In this document: positions 20,712-32,657 of the stretch, piece by piece
Position numbering within the stretch: position 1 is the first letter of the stretch
How the letters are laid out: the number at the start of each line of letters is the position of its first letter
Source: Patescibacteria group bacterium
Lineage (GTDB): Bacteria; Patescibacteriota; Patescibacteriia; SG8-24
NCBI GenBank assembly: GCA_028714475.1
Contig: JAQTNC010000001.1
Coordinates: 86,678 to 150,677, forward strand
Direction: 5' to 3'
Length of the DNA stretch: 64,000 bases
The notes under the pieces: generated by a model
Told to the model about the DNA's origin: nothing
The model's input: the letters and a program-made list of their open reading frames with translations, nothing else
Database searches by the model: none
Made by a program: the position numbers and the translations under genes

Positions 20712-21398
20712 TTACTTTTTCTTCTCTTCCTTCTTCTCCCCCGCCTCGGCGGCCTTCTCGGCCTTCTTCTCCTCACCTTCAACCTTCACGGCCGCCACGT
20801 CCAGTTCCGGCTTGGCTTCCATCTCCTTCAGCTCGGCCTCGGAAATCGGCGCGTTGATGACCACGACGACGTCTTCCGGACGCGCCAGGTATTCCACGCC
20901 CTCGTGTTTCGGCAGGTCGGCCACGGTGACGAGGTCATCGATGTTCTTGAGCGACGTGAGATCAACGTCAATCTCATGAACGAGGTTTTGCGGCAGACAG
21001 CGAACCATGATCGATTCCATGCTCTTCACCAGGATGGCGCCCAGTTCCTTGACCGCCGGCGCCTCGCCGAGGTAGTTGAACTCAACGTGGGCCTCCAGCT
21101 TCTCGGTCATCTTCACCTGACGGAAATCCGCGTGGATGATGCGGCCGGTGAGGGCATCGCGCTGAACATCCTGAATGAGGACCTTGACCGGCGCGCCGCC
21201 GTCAACGGAGAGATCGATGAGAGTGGATTCGCCAGCCTGATCGAGCAGCTTGATGAACACGCCTTCGCTCACGGCGACGTCGCGGTTGGCTTCGCCGTGA
21301 CCGTAAATGACGGCCGGCACGAGACCCTGCTCGCGGAGCTGTTTGACCTGCTTACCGGTGACTTCCCTTTTCTGGGCTTCGAGTTTGAGTGCTTCCAT
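20712..21398 (-). CDS. rplY: 50S ribosomal protein L25 / Ctc
   Basis: LREQGLVPAVIYG, IIHADF, C-terminal beta domain, acidic/basic tail. Confidence 0.96.
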   Translation of the reverse strand: MEALKLEAQKREVTGKQVKQLREQGLVPAVIYGHGEANRDVAVSEGVFIKLLDQAGESTLIDLSVDGGAPVKVLIQDVQRDALTGRIIHADFRQVKMTEKLEAHVEFNYLGEAPAVKELGAILVKSMESIMVRCLPQNLVHEIDVDLTSLKNIDDLVTVADLPKHEGVEYLARPEDVVVVINAPISEAELKEMEAKPELDVAAVKVEGEEKKAEKAAEAGEKKEEKKK

Positions 21399-21549
21399 AT
21401 CTTATCGGGTGATAAAACTGATTGTTGGTTAAGTTAGGTGCCGTTCCGCCCGCGCCGTTGCGATCAGGCAAACAAAAAAAGGAATCAGCTTCCTTATTAT
21501 TTACACTACGGGGCGGAATTTGGCAAGAGCGAGGTTTGTGAGTAGCTAT

Positions 21550-21900
21550 TTACGCCACGCCCAGACGGGAAAACAGCGTTTCCTCCTGCTCCAAAAGGCA
21601 GTGCATCTCGATGACGTCGTCCGTGCTGACGGACGGGGCGACCCGGAACCTTTCCACCTCCTCATGATCAAGATCCGTGACCAGGCCGACCGAGCTGACG
21701 CCGGCCGAAGACACCAGAACCAAGGCCAAAATCGCGTTCGAACAGCCGCCGCATCGGATATGCAGAAGATGGCTGTCATCGCGTTCCCCGAGGACATGCG
21801 TTTCGCGCGGGCTGCAACTCGACTGACACAACGGGCAGTACGAGATGAGCTTGATGCCCTCGTCAAAGAATTGTGACGGGTGGGCGGCCGGCAAGGCCAT
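21550..21900 (-). CDS. Zinc-ribbon hypothetical protein
   Basis: CPLC...LLHIRCGGC, GLVTDL, DDVIEMH. Confidence 0.8.
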   Translation of the reverse strand: MALPAAHPSQFFDEGIKLISYCPLCQSSCSPRETHVLGERDDSHLLHIRCGGCSNAILALVLVSSAGVSSVGLVTDLDHEEVERFRVAPSVSTDDVIEMHCLLEQEETLFSRLGVA

Positions 21901-22162
21901 ATTGGTTTTGGTTTTCGCTTTTTAGAGGAAGCTTGTTTCTGCCTTATTTTGAGGCAATTTTTGGCTTCCTTTACTTATATCTTACCGTTTTTTGGCCCTT
22001 CAGTCAATCGGGGTTTATGCACAGCGAGACCCTTGGCATTAATCCGTTTGGCAAAGAATTGACTGATGCCTGGTGGCCTGATAATACAAAAGGGCTTCCT
22101 CGACGGGGGCAACGGCAAGCACCGAGAGCGCGACACGCTCCTTCACATCAACGAGGCTAGTC

Positions 22163-22900
22163 ATGATTCAAGAAGTCCATCTCGAAGACGGTTCCGGGGT
22201 CGGCGCGCCGTACCCCCGCATCCCGGCCGAACTGCCGCCGCGCGGCAAGCTATACGAATTCCTGCTCGACAGCGGCGACCGTAAATTCGTCACGGAGCGA
22301 GTCCTGCCGATGCTCGACGCGCTGACCACGGCTGACGAAGCCGTGGGTAACGAGCTCGTCATCTTGGCCGAGGACGGCAGCAAAGCCGCCGAACAGCGCC
22401 TCATCGTGGCGGGCAACCCGCTCTTGGGCGCCAGCGGATTCTTCACCAAGGTCCGTTTCTTGAGCCTCGAAGCCCTCAAGGCCACCGTCCCGAACAACCC
22501 GCCGAACGAAGACCGACTCAGGCTGGCGTTGGACGACCTGGCCCAGAACTGCACGACCAACGCACTGCTCGATGCCCTCGAGTCTCAATTGAGGGAGTTT
22601 CGGGTGGGTCTTGCCATCCAGAACACGTCCAACCTCCGATCGCTTCTCGGTACGACCTTGAAACGGCCGGACGGCCTCGCCTGGCACTGGTCCCATCTCG
22701 GGACAAACGGCTCTTGGCCGACGAACTGTTGGGCCTCGCCGCTGTTGCCGCCCCTGTTGCTGGTCTGTCTGGTGCGCGCGCTCGGCCCCAGTCGCCGGAT
22801 CGAACGCTACCAGCCCATGATCGAAGCGTGGGCCGACGGCTACCGCCCGCTTGGTCCGGACCGCGAGGATCGGACCACACTCGTCGTCCTCGTGCGCTGA
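22163..22900 (+). CDS. Hypothetical (orphan) protein
   Basis: 245 aa ORF, GAGG upstream, hairpin plus T-run downstream. Confidence 0.65.
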   Translation: MIQEVHLEDGSGVGAPYPRIPAELPPRGKLYEFLLDSGDRKFVTERVLPMLDALTTADEAVGNELVILAEDGSKAAEQRLIVAGNPLLGASGFFTKVRFLSLEALKATVPNNPPNEDRLRLALDDLAQNCTTNALLDALESQLREFRVGLAIQNTSNLRSLLGTTLKRPDGLAWHWSHLGTNGSWPTNCWASPLLPPLLLVCLVRALGPSRRIERYQPMIEAWADGYRPLGPDREDRTTLVVLVR

Positions 22901-22964
22901 CACGCCTTCGCGTCACGCGCCAAACCGCCGCCCCGGCTCGCTTGAGCTGGAGCGGCGATTTTTA

Positions 22965-22993
22965 GCTAGTAGCTAGTTGCTAGTAGCTAGTAG
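22965..22993. repeat. Heptamer tandem repeat (agctagt)n
   Basis: agctagtagctagttgctagtagctagtag. Confidence 0.7.
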
Positions 22994-23036
22994 AAAATGG
23001 TGGCCTCCCAAAGGCTTGGTCGAGTAATCTTTATCG

Positions 23037-23141
23037 TTCTTGCCCGACCCGCGTGGAGGGCCTGCCCCTCGACTCCCCCTTCGACTCGCTTCGCTCGCTC
23101 AGGGTCCGCTCGGGGAAGAACGGGGGGGCTCCGCTCAGGGA
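23037..23141. repeat. Composite nested palindromic element
   Basis: 23062-23122 is the reverse complement of 31900-31960 (60/61 identical); also homologous to 59359-59429. Confidence 0.85.
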
Positions 23142-23236
23142 ATATTGTTTGAATATAAAAAAGTCCCGCCCAGTGAAGCGCGAGACTTCCCTGGACGGGC
23201 TAAGACCTAGCAAGACGAGTTGTTTCTCCGCCGCTG

Positions 23237-23728
23237 TTACGGTGTGGTCGCCTGTTCCGCCGGCACGAGAGCGCCGATCCAGTAGAGGTTTATCTTCCTT
23301 TTCGACTCCGGATGGTAGAATTCCTGTCCTCGACAAAAATCAGGCTGCTCTGGCCGGTTGTCCCAATCGAGCAAGGCGCAATACGTTCCCTCGTGCTGAA
23401 CGGTGCAGGATCGCACCCGGCCAGTCACCCGGAAAAAGGCGATGACTCGGAGGCGGCGTTGTGGCACAGCGGCGTTCGCCCTGCCTCCGACCTCCCATGC
23501 CCCAAGGGCATCGGAAAATTCGAACGGGCGCACCCGCTGCCAATCGACGGTCACGTCGTCGCCGACAGCGATGCCGCTTAACTCATCCTTGACCTTGTCG
23601 AGCAGGAGGGTGGCGTTCCCCTCGTCGAATTTCAGGCCATGACTGCGATGGCTGACGCGTACGCCATGCTCCGCGATGGCCGCCAGGAGTTCGCGCTGTA
23701 AATTCCAAAGACCCTTGTTGATGGACAT
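23237..23728 (-). CDS. Hypothetical (orphan) protein
   Basis: AAGGAG SD before MSINKG; TTGACA upstream. Confidence 0.65.
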   Translation of the reverse strand: MSINKGLWNLQRELLAAIAEHGVRVSHRSHGLKFDEGNATLLLDKVKDELSGIAVGDDVTVDWQRVRPFEFSDALGAWEVGGRANAAVPQRRLRVIAFFRVTGRVRSCTVQHEGTYCALLDWDNRPEQPDFCRGQEFYHPESKRKINLYWIGALVPAEQATTP

Positions 23729-23871
23729 TTTCCTTCTCCTTCATACTGAAGAATTCCGGCTCACTGCCGGCATTCACGACTCAACCCTAGGTCGATACGG
23801 CGGGTTTGTCAAGATGGACGATAATAAAAAGTGCGCAGCACACTTTGCGGAAAAATGACTTCATTTCGCGA

Positions 23872-24079
23872 GGCCGGGCGGGGTCGCCCTTTAAGGCCGG
23901 TCGAGCGAGCGACGGCTCGGTCCCCCTCACCATTCCGACGCCGGAATGGTGAGGGGGCGTCGCGAGCGAAAGTTATTCAGCCGAGCGAAGCGAGCCCCGG
24001 AATCCGCCGCAGGCGGATATCCGGGGGAAGGCCGCCGCTGGAGCGGCCGAGCGTGCCGAAAGGGCGACCCCACCCGGCC
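23872..24079. mobile_element. MITE-like element with 21 bp terminal inverted repeats
   Basis: ggccgggcggggtcgcccttt ... aaagggcgaccccacccggcc (1 mismatch), internal hairpins. Confidence 0.55.
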
Positions 24080-24136
24080 GGACGTTTGTGGTTGACGTTG
24101 CCCCTCGACTTCGCTCGGGGCAGAATAATTGAATGG

Positions 24137-24164
24137 ATCCTCCCCGCAGTACTGCGGGGAGGAT
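24137..24164. repeat. Perfect palindrome, CCCCGCAGTACTGCGGGG family
   Basis: Same core at 53734-53761 and 59299-59334. Confidence 0.8.
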
Positions 24165-24210
24165 AACATTATTTGTGCCCCGAGGATGACAAAAAATTTG
24201 ATCTGCGCAC

Positions 24211-25311
24211 TCAAACCCTCCTCACCGCCACCGATTCCAGCGCGCCAATCATCAGGCACTTGGCAAGCAGCGACGAGCCGCCGTAGCTCAAGAACGGCAG
24301 AGTGACGCCGGTGAGCGGCATGACGCGGAGGTTGCCGCCGATGTTCACGACCGCCTCGGCCGCGATGGCCGCGAGCACGCCCAAAACGAGGAAAAGAGAG
24401 AAATTATCATGGCAGGCCTTGGCCAAGAGATAGCCGCGGTAGAAAAGCAGGCCGAAAAGCCCCAAGATGACCAGCGTGCCGAGGAAACCGAGCTCCTCGG
24501 CCGTGGCCGCAAAGATGAAGTCCGTCTGGCGTTCCGGCAGGAAGCGCAGCTGGCTTTGCGAGCCGTATCCGAGCCCCTTGCCGAAAAAGCCGCCGGAACC
24601 GATGGCAATGACGGACTGGGCGACGTTGTAGCCGCGGCCAAGCGGGTCGCTGTTCGGATCCAGGAAGGCCGTGACGCGATCCTTCTGGTACGGCTGAAGA
24701 ACGGCAAACCAAGCGACGGCCGCGAGAGCCAAACCGACCAGCGTAAAAACCAAGAATTGCCGCAGGCGAAGTCCGGACATGACCAGAAGGGCGAACCAGA
24801 TGGCCGAGAGCAGGAGGGCCGAGCCGAAATCCGGTTGCGCCAGCACCAGCGCCACGATGAGCCCGGCGGCCAGACCGGAACGGATGACGTTGCGCCACGT
24901 GCCGCGATCGCGGACGTTGCGGCTGAAGAACCGCGCCAGAAAGACGATGAGCAGGAACTTCACCAGCTCGACCGGCTGGATGCCGAAGCCGAACAGGCCG
25001 AACCAGCCTCGCGTGCCACGCATGGTGGAGCCGAAAAGAAGCACGGCGACGAGCAAGACGATGGCGGCCAAATACAGGGCCCGGCTGGCCGCGACCAGGT
25101 AACGGTAATCAAACAGGGGGAAGACAAGCACCAGGACCAGCCCGGCGGCAGCGAACGCGGCCTGTTTCCAGAACAGCGACAGGTCAGCCGCTCCGCCAGC
25201 GGGGGCGGTGAGCGAGGTCGCATACAGCACGGCCAAACCGAACATGGTCAGCGAAGCGGTTGACCCGAACAGGAGCCAGTCAAATTTTCGGTAGCGTTGG
25301 AGGAGATTCAT
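24211..25311 (-). CDS. rodA: SEDS-family peptidoglycan glycosyltransferase RodA
   Basis: GTRGW, IQPVELVK, QPDFGSA, PYQKDR, PERQTDFIF, EELGF, PFLSYGGSS. Confidence 0.93.
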   Translation of the reverse strand: MNLLQRYRKFDWLLFGSTASLTMFGLAVLYATSLTAPAGGAADLSLFWKQAAFAAAGLVLVLVFPLFDYRYLVAASRALYLAAIVLLVAVLLFGSTMRGTRGWFGLFGFGIQPVELVKFLLIVFLARFFSRNVRDRGTWRNVIRSGLAAGLIVALVLAQPDFGSALLLSAIWFALLVMSGLRLRQFLVFTLVGLALAAVAWFAVLQPYQKDRVTAFLDPNSDPLGRGYNVAQSVIAIGSGGFFGKGLGYGSQSQLRFLPERQTDFIFAATAEELGFLGTLVILGLFGLLFYRGYLLAKACHDNFSLFLVLGVLAAIAAEAVVNIGGNLRVMPLTGVTLPFLSYGGSSLLAKCLMIGALESVAVRRV

Positions 25312-25383
25312 GGGGGGGTTGATTGGTTACACGGAAGACCGTGAGCCAACAAGAACCTTTTATCAGAAATGACGCTGGGTGGG

Positions 25384-25481
25384 AAGAGACAAAGAGACAG
25401 AGAGACAAAGTGACGAGTAGTCTGCACCACTCTGTCTCTATGTCTCTCTGCCTCTGTATCTCTATGTCTCTCTAGCTCTCT
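25384..25481. repeat. Inverted octamer tandem repeats (agagacaa / ctctgtct)
   Basis: aagagacaaagagacagagagacaaag ... ctctgtctctatgtctctctgcctctgtatctctatgtctctc; similar at about 62670-62700. Confidence 0.65.
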
Positions 25482-25485
25482 GCCC

Positions 25486-26361
25486 CTACCTCCCCGGCGG
25501 AATGAAAACGCCCGGGTCGAAAATATTCACGTCCGTCATCACCTGGACCTCGCGCACGGTCGGCAGGTCGTTGAACCAGCTGGCCTCGACCGTCCGACTT
25601 TGGCCGGCCCGCAATTCGCTGATGGTCACGTAGTTCACGCCGACATCCCGTGAAGAACCGATGAGGCGCACGAAGAAGCCCAGACGCCAGAAGCTGTACG
25701 CAGTATCATTTACTATCTTGAAGGTGGCGCGGCCGACCGGCACCGGATCCGTCAGTTCCGGCGCGCGGAAAGCGACGTCTTCCAACCGCAAGTTCAGACG
25801 CGCCCGCATCCAGCCGATGATGTCGGGTCCGGTAACATGCTTGTCCACCCGATGCCAAACGAGGGAGGAGAAGCGCATCTGCGCCCCTTGGTGCCCTTCG
25901 CCCTTCACCCCTAACTGATATAGGTTTTTGGTGGAGCTGGGCAGGATGAAGTCGTGTTTCGACTGGCCAAGCTGGTTTTCGCCGTCCGCAAAATAGTAAT
26001 CGAATTCCGCCCAAGCGTGCGGGTTGGGATTCGTCACCTCGACATACAGGTCGCTCGTCTGGCCGTTCACCTCGATGAGGTCGGCCGAACCGTAGGCGAG
26101 CGGCTGAAGGCGCGTCTTGCGGATGACTTCCGTCGGGATGTCCGGCTGGCCAAGGACGCGACCGACCTGCCGTTCCGCGACGCCGTGGCCGAAGAACCAG
26201 TCGTAGAATCCATATCCGCCGTAAGCGAGCATCAGGAACGCCACGACCGCCAAAGCGATGGTGCCAGAGCGCGCCAACTGGGCGCGATTGTTTACCCACC
26301 AATAACCCCACTTCAGGGATTTTTCCGTCATTTGTTCCTCGCGGGCTGGCTTGAAGTCCAT
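25486..26361 (-). CDS. Membrane-anchored protein with two Ig-like beta domains
   Basis: Single TM, VTNPN motif, FILP.STK, L.AGQSR. Confidence 0.8.
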   Translation of the reverse strand: MDFKPAREEQMTEKSLKWGYWWVNNRAQLARSGTIALAVVAFLMLAYGGYGFYDWFFGHGVAERQVGRVLGQPDIPTEVIRKTRLQPLAYGSADLIEVNGQTSDLYVEVTNPNPHAWAEFDYYFADGENQLGQSKHDFILPSSTKNLYQLGVKGEGHQGAQMRFSSLVWHRVDKHVTGPDIIGWMRARLNLRLEDVAFRAPELTDPVPVGRATFKIVNDTAYSFWRLGFFVRLIGSSRDVGVNYVTISELRAGQSRTVEASWFNDLPTVREVQVMTDVNIFDPGVFIPPGR

Positions 26362-26478
26362 ATGTTTATTCATTATAGCGGAAAAAGCCGAGCCCAGCCA
26401 CGCCAATCACGCATTGCCAAAACGCCGCCGTCGTGATTAGCTGGTGCCAGTCCAATCAAGGATGGAAGGAGGAGCCCC

Positions 26479-26877
26479 TTGGACGAGACAACTGATGCCG
26501 TGCGAACCGCACTCGTGACCTTGGTCGGATGCCGCGACGAGGAGGCTATGCTTCTCGGTCAGCGCCTGTTCAGCGCCGCGCAACCGCGAGCATCGAAAAC
26601 AATTCCTGGGCAGGAGTGCCTACTGGAACTGCGCGGACATGACCACGTCTTCCGAGGTCAGATCGGCCAAACCGACGTCTGGGTGGCCTATGCCATGACC
26701 CACGGCACCATCGCGATAACCAAAATCGTGATGTACGAAGGCCAAATCGTCTTCCAGGCCACGCGACCGAGCGGCGTCAACACGACGCCCGACATCGTCG
26801 TTTACGTGCCCGGTGCCGACACTTGGGAAAAGGACCTGCTCTCCCAGATGGTGACCGTTCAACACTACGAGGTTTGA
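26479..26877 (+). CDS. Hypothetical (orphan) protein
   Basis: AAGGAGG SD before TTG start. Confidence 0.65.
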   Translation: MDETTDAVRTALVTLVGCRDEEAMLLGQRLFSAAQPRASKTIPGQECLLELRGHDHVFRGQIGQTDVWVAYAMTHGTIAITKIVMYEGQIVFQATRPSGVNTTPDIVVYVPGADTWEKDLLSQMVTVQHYEV

Positions 26878-27090
26878 GACGGCTGAACCCAGGGAACCTC
26901 AACTTGGCCGTGGTCATCCGGCAGCAACGCCGCCGCCACGACCCCGAACCGGGACTGCACCTGCAGCCCGGTTTTATGTTTGACTCCAGGCTGACCGCGA
27001 CGCTTTCGAAGGCGCCAATTCTTGACACTTGGCGGTTATCCTGCAAACATCAACTCACGACCTTTTCCCATCGGGAAGGAGTGATGGGCA

Positions 27091-27570
27091 ATGAAGAAAA
27101 ACGCAACCGATACCTCGAAAGAACAGCAGCGAAAAGCGTCGTACGTGGCGACATCAGCCGCCTTCGCCGTGCTGCTCTCCGTCGCCGTCTATGTGGGGTT
27201 CCGTTCCTTTTTCAAGACCGAGCTTGGCCCAGTTCAGGCCATGGTCTGGGCGGCCGTCGTCAACCTGATGGTCATGGCCGCGCTGCCGTCGCCGAAGCAT
27301 CGGAAGTTGTCGCCCGTCAGACTGGCCAACAAGACCGGTGAGACAGTCGCCCTCGAAACGATGCTCATGCTGGCCGGCGGCATGACGCTCGTGCGGGCCG
27401 CACTCATGTACGGCCAGCCAGCCTGTCTCGTCGGCCTCGCCATCATCACGTTTGCGGTCTTCTGGGCGCTCTCAAGCAGGCTCGACGAATGGGTCGGCAC
27501 GCCCTGGCTCGCCTTCGTCGGCGCCATCGAACTTGTCGCCATCTACAACCTCTCCCTGCTGACGCGTTGA
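27091..27570 (+). CDS. Hypothetical membrane protein
   Basis: AAGGAG upstream, about 5 hydrophobic segments. Confidence 0.65.
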   Translation: MKKNATDTSKEQQRKASYVATSAAFAVLLSVAVYVGFRSFFKTELGPVQAMVWAAVVNLMVMAALPSPKHRKLSPVRLANKTGETVALETMLMLAGGMTLVRAALMYGQPACLVGLAIITFAVFWALSSRLDEWVGTPWLAFVGAIELVAIYNLSLLTR

Positions 27571-27696
27571 TACTGACTGACCAAGCGCCAGCCCCTGACT
27601 CCCTTGCCGCTCGGCTGGGGAGTTATTGTTTTTTCAGCGGCTTGACGCCGCTTGGCACCGTGTTATGGTCAGCCCATAGATCATTGGAGGTACGCA

Positions 27697-27951
27697 ATGA
27701 AAAAGCCGTCCAAATCGACTGTCTTCCTCGTTGCCGGAACATACGGCGCCATAGCCCTACTCGTGGCCTACGCCCTCGTCAGCACGGAAAAGTGCGCCCC
27801 GCGCGACTTCTGGCCACTCTTCCTGAACCTGACTGGCGGCCTCGCGTTCATCGCGGACAACACTTTCCGTCGCTCCTGGGCGACTGTCGGCCTGAACATT
27901 TGCTGGGTCGCCATCGCCCTGTACGGCATCGGTCGTGCCCTGTTCGGATGA
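27697..27951 (+). CDS. Small 3-TM membrane protein (CBU_0592-like)
   Basis: G..GA..LL.AYAL, LNL.G, LNI.W..IA pattern; GGAGG SD. Confidence 0.7.
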   Translation: MKKPSKSTVFLVAGTYGAIALLVAYALVSTEKCAPRDFWPLFLNLTGGLAFIADNTFRRSWATVGLNICWVAIALYGIGRALFG

Positions 27952-28137
27952 AGGGAAAGACGTTGCCACCAAGCCCACCGCTGATTTCAGCCGGTGGGTT
28001 TATTGTATTGAACTGTTTTTTGGCTTAAACAAGCGATTATTCATCCCCACCATAAATCAACAAAAAACCGCCTTTACCCCCTTGTTTTTTCCTTGTTTAT
28101 TCTCCATTTCCGTGCTACTATTTCGAAGCAATTTTAG

Positions 28138-30379
<2,242 letters not shown>

Positions 30380-30522
30380 AGTGCTGGAGGAATTGTTTGG
30401 GTCCCTATTTGTTTATCAAGTTTTTTCTTCAGTACTTCAGCACTTCCCCGCTCCAGCACTTCCTTTTTTGTGGTCTGAAAAAGCTGTATAATCCCCTCGA
30501 CTAAGTCATTAACCATTGATTT

Positions 30523-31137
30523 ATGCTTAAAAAACTCATTACTCCAGCGCTTCTGGTGTCGTTCCTGGTCGTGCTGGCCATCCCGGCTCTGGCCGAGGAA
30601 AACGGCATGGGGGCCACGAACAACGCCGCCGTCACGAACACCACGACGGATACCAATACCGCCGCCAACGTTAACGCCCCTTTGACCAAGGAAGAGATCC
30701 GGGCCAAACAGAAGGCCGAACGCGAGGCATTACTCGCCAAGCAGAAAGCCGAACGGGAAGCCGCACTTCAGAAAAAGAAGGAGGCGGCCGCGGCCAAGGA
30801 TGCCGCGCAGGGCGCCTGCATGATCCCGGCGGTCGAGAAGCGCGATAACGCCCTTATGGCCGCGCTCGACGTCAAGAACGCCGCTCTCAAGACGGCTCTC
30901 ACCGCTCGCCGCGACGCGCTCAAGGCCGCTTGGGGCAAGACCGATATGAAGGAGCGCCGCACGGCCATCAAAGACGCTTGGACCAAATGGGGCAAGGACG
31001 CGATGGCGGCCGTCAAGGATTTCCGCACCGCCAAGAAGGCCGCCTGGAAGCAGTTCAACGCCGACCGCAAGGCCTGCGGTGGCGGCGGCTCCGGCGTCCA
31101 GGACTGGACCGGCGAAGGCGCGGACGCGCAACTCTAA
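30523..31137 (+). CDS. Exported Ala/Lys-rich helical protein
   Basis: Signal peptide ending PALA, coiled-coil composition, two Cys; hairpin terminator at about 31152-31188. Confidence 0.8.
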   Translation: MLKKLITPALLVSFLVVLAIPALAEENGMGATNNAAVTNTTTDTNTAANVNAPLTKEEIRAKQKAEREALLAKQKAEREAALQKKKEAAAAKDAAQGACMIPAVEKRDNALMAALDVKNAALKTALTARRDALKAAWGKTDMKERRTAIKDAWTKWGKDAMAAVKDFRTAKKAAWKQFNADRKACGGGGSGVQDWTGEGADAQL

Positions 31138-31262
31138 GACAACGATACCGAAGACCCCCGGGCCATAGCGGCCAGGGGGTCTTTGTTTTGAGGCTCTTAC
31201 TCGGCCAACAAGTGAATAAACTTCTCTAAAATTAGAAAATTTCCCGAATCATGCCTACACCC

Positions 31263-31291
31263 TTGACAAAAATCGCTTAACATGATAATTT
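31263..31291 (+). promoter_or_regulatory. Sigma70 promoter upstream of a structured leader and rlmN
   Basis: TTGACA-17 nt-TAATTT with extended TG. Confidence 0.55.
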
Positions 31292-31457
31292 AGATAGTCG
31301 CGACGCGGATGTGCTAAATACCCGAGCCCCCTTCACCCTGCAGCCGTCCGCGTCGCCACTCTCTTGCCAACGCTCCCTGACCTACCCCGGGTCTGTGGAG
31401 CGTTGCACTTTAATTATGGAGCTTTTCGCGCACCAACAGAAATGATATTTTTCCCTC

Positions 31458-32594
31458 ATGGCTGACTATCCAAAAATCCGTCATGAAATTTTCCAAGCGC
31501 TTTTTCCGGAAGCGCCGGCTTATCGCTGGCGTCAGGCTGAGGAAGCGCTTTTTCGGCCGGGCGCGACAGGCTGGTCAGACGCCACTTCCCTGCCCCGCGA
31601 GATGCAGACGACGCTTGCGGAAAAGATGCCGTGGATTTCCGTAGCGCCTGACAAAATTCTGTCGAACGCGAACGGCGACACGCACAAGGCCGCCTTGCGC
31701 CTCGCGGACGGTGCCATCATCGAAACGGTGCTCATGCGCAACCGCCGCGGCCAATGGACAATCTGCACCTCGAACCAGGTCGGCTGCGCCATGCGCTGCG
31801 CCTTCTGCGCCACCGGCCGGCTGGGCTTCACCCGCAACCTGACGGCGGACGAAATCGTGGACCAATATCGATTTTGGAATACCTGGCTCTCCGCCTCCTC
31901 GTTCTCCCCCGAGCGGACCCTGAGCGAGCGAAGCGAGTCGAAGGGGGAGTCGAGGGGCAGCAGAGATACTAAGAATGAGGATGATGTGTCCGCATCGACT
32001 CGCATCAGCAACCTCGTCCTCATGGGCATGGGCGAACCGCTGGCGAACTACGACAACGTGAAGGCCGCGCTGAAAACGTTGCTCAAACAAACAGACCTCG
32101 GCGCGACGCGCGTCACCGTTTCCACCGTTGGCCTTCTGCCGGGTCTCGAAAAACTACTCGACGACCCTGACTGGCCGCCAGTGCGTCTCGCCATCTCGCT
32201 CCATAGCGCCGATCAGGCCGTGCGCGAAGGCATCATGCCGACCACCATCCCCGACTACCTGCCGAAGCTCGGCGACTGGGTGCGCCGCTATCTCAAGAAG
32301 CACGGCAACCGCCGCCACCATCTCACTTTCGAATATGTCATGCTGGCGAACGTTAACGACGAGCCCCGCCACGCGGCCCAACTCGCCGGTTTCGCGAATG
32401 CCGCCGGCCACGTGAAAATCAACCTCATTCCGTACAACTACACTGACTCGCAATTCTCCGGCTCGGCCGACGAGGTGATCGCCGACTTCCAGAATTTTCT
32501 CGAGCAGAAAGGGGTAACCGTAACCGTTCGCCGCTCGATGGGCCAAGACATCGCCGCCGCGTGTGGTCAGCTGGCCAATAAACTATTGAAATAA
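31458..32594 (+). CDS. rlmN: Dual-specificity RNA methyltransferase RlmN with in-frame repeat insertion
   Basis: IETV, QVGCAMRCAFCATG, MGMGEP, TVSTVG, AISLH, EYVML, NLIPYN, AACGQL. Confidence 0.95.
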   Translation: MADYPKIRHEIFQALFPEAPAYRWRQAEEALFRPGATGWSDATSLPREMQTTLAEKMPWISVAPDKILSNANGDTHKAALRLADGAIIETVLMRNRRGQWTICTSNQVGCAMRCAFCATGRLGFTRNLTADEIVDQYRFWNTWLSASSFSPERTLSERSESKGESRGSRDTKNEDDVSASTRISNLVLMGMGEPLANYDNVKAALKTLLKQTDLGATRVTVSTVGLLPGLEKLLDDPDWPPVRLAISLHSADQAVREGIMPTTIPDYLPKLGDWVRRYLKKHGNRRHHLTFEYVMLANVNDEPRHAAQLAGFANAAGHVKINLIPYNYTDSQFSGSADEVIADFQNFLEQKGVTVTVRRSMGQDIAAACGQLANKLLK

Positions 32595-32657
32595 GTCGCG
32601 AATGAATGGTTTTACAAAAAGCGCGGGGCATCAGCCCCGCGCCTTGCTTATTCATCA

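Noticed and set aside
22996-23030. Minus-strand ...gggaggccacca resembling a tRNA/tmRNA 3' end
   Set aside because: No T-loop (TTCG) or cloverleaf can be formed upstream.
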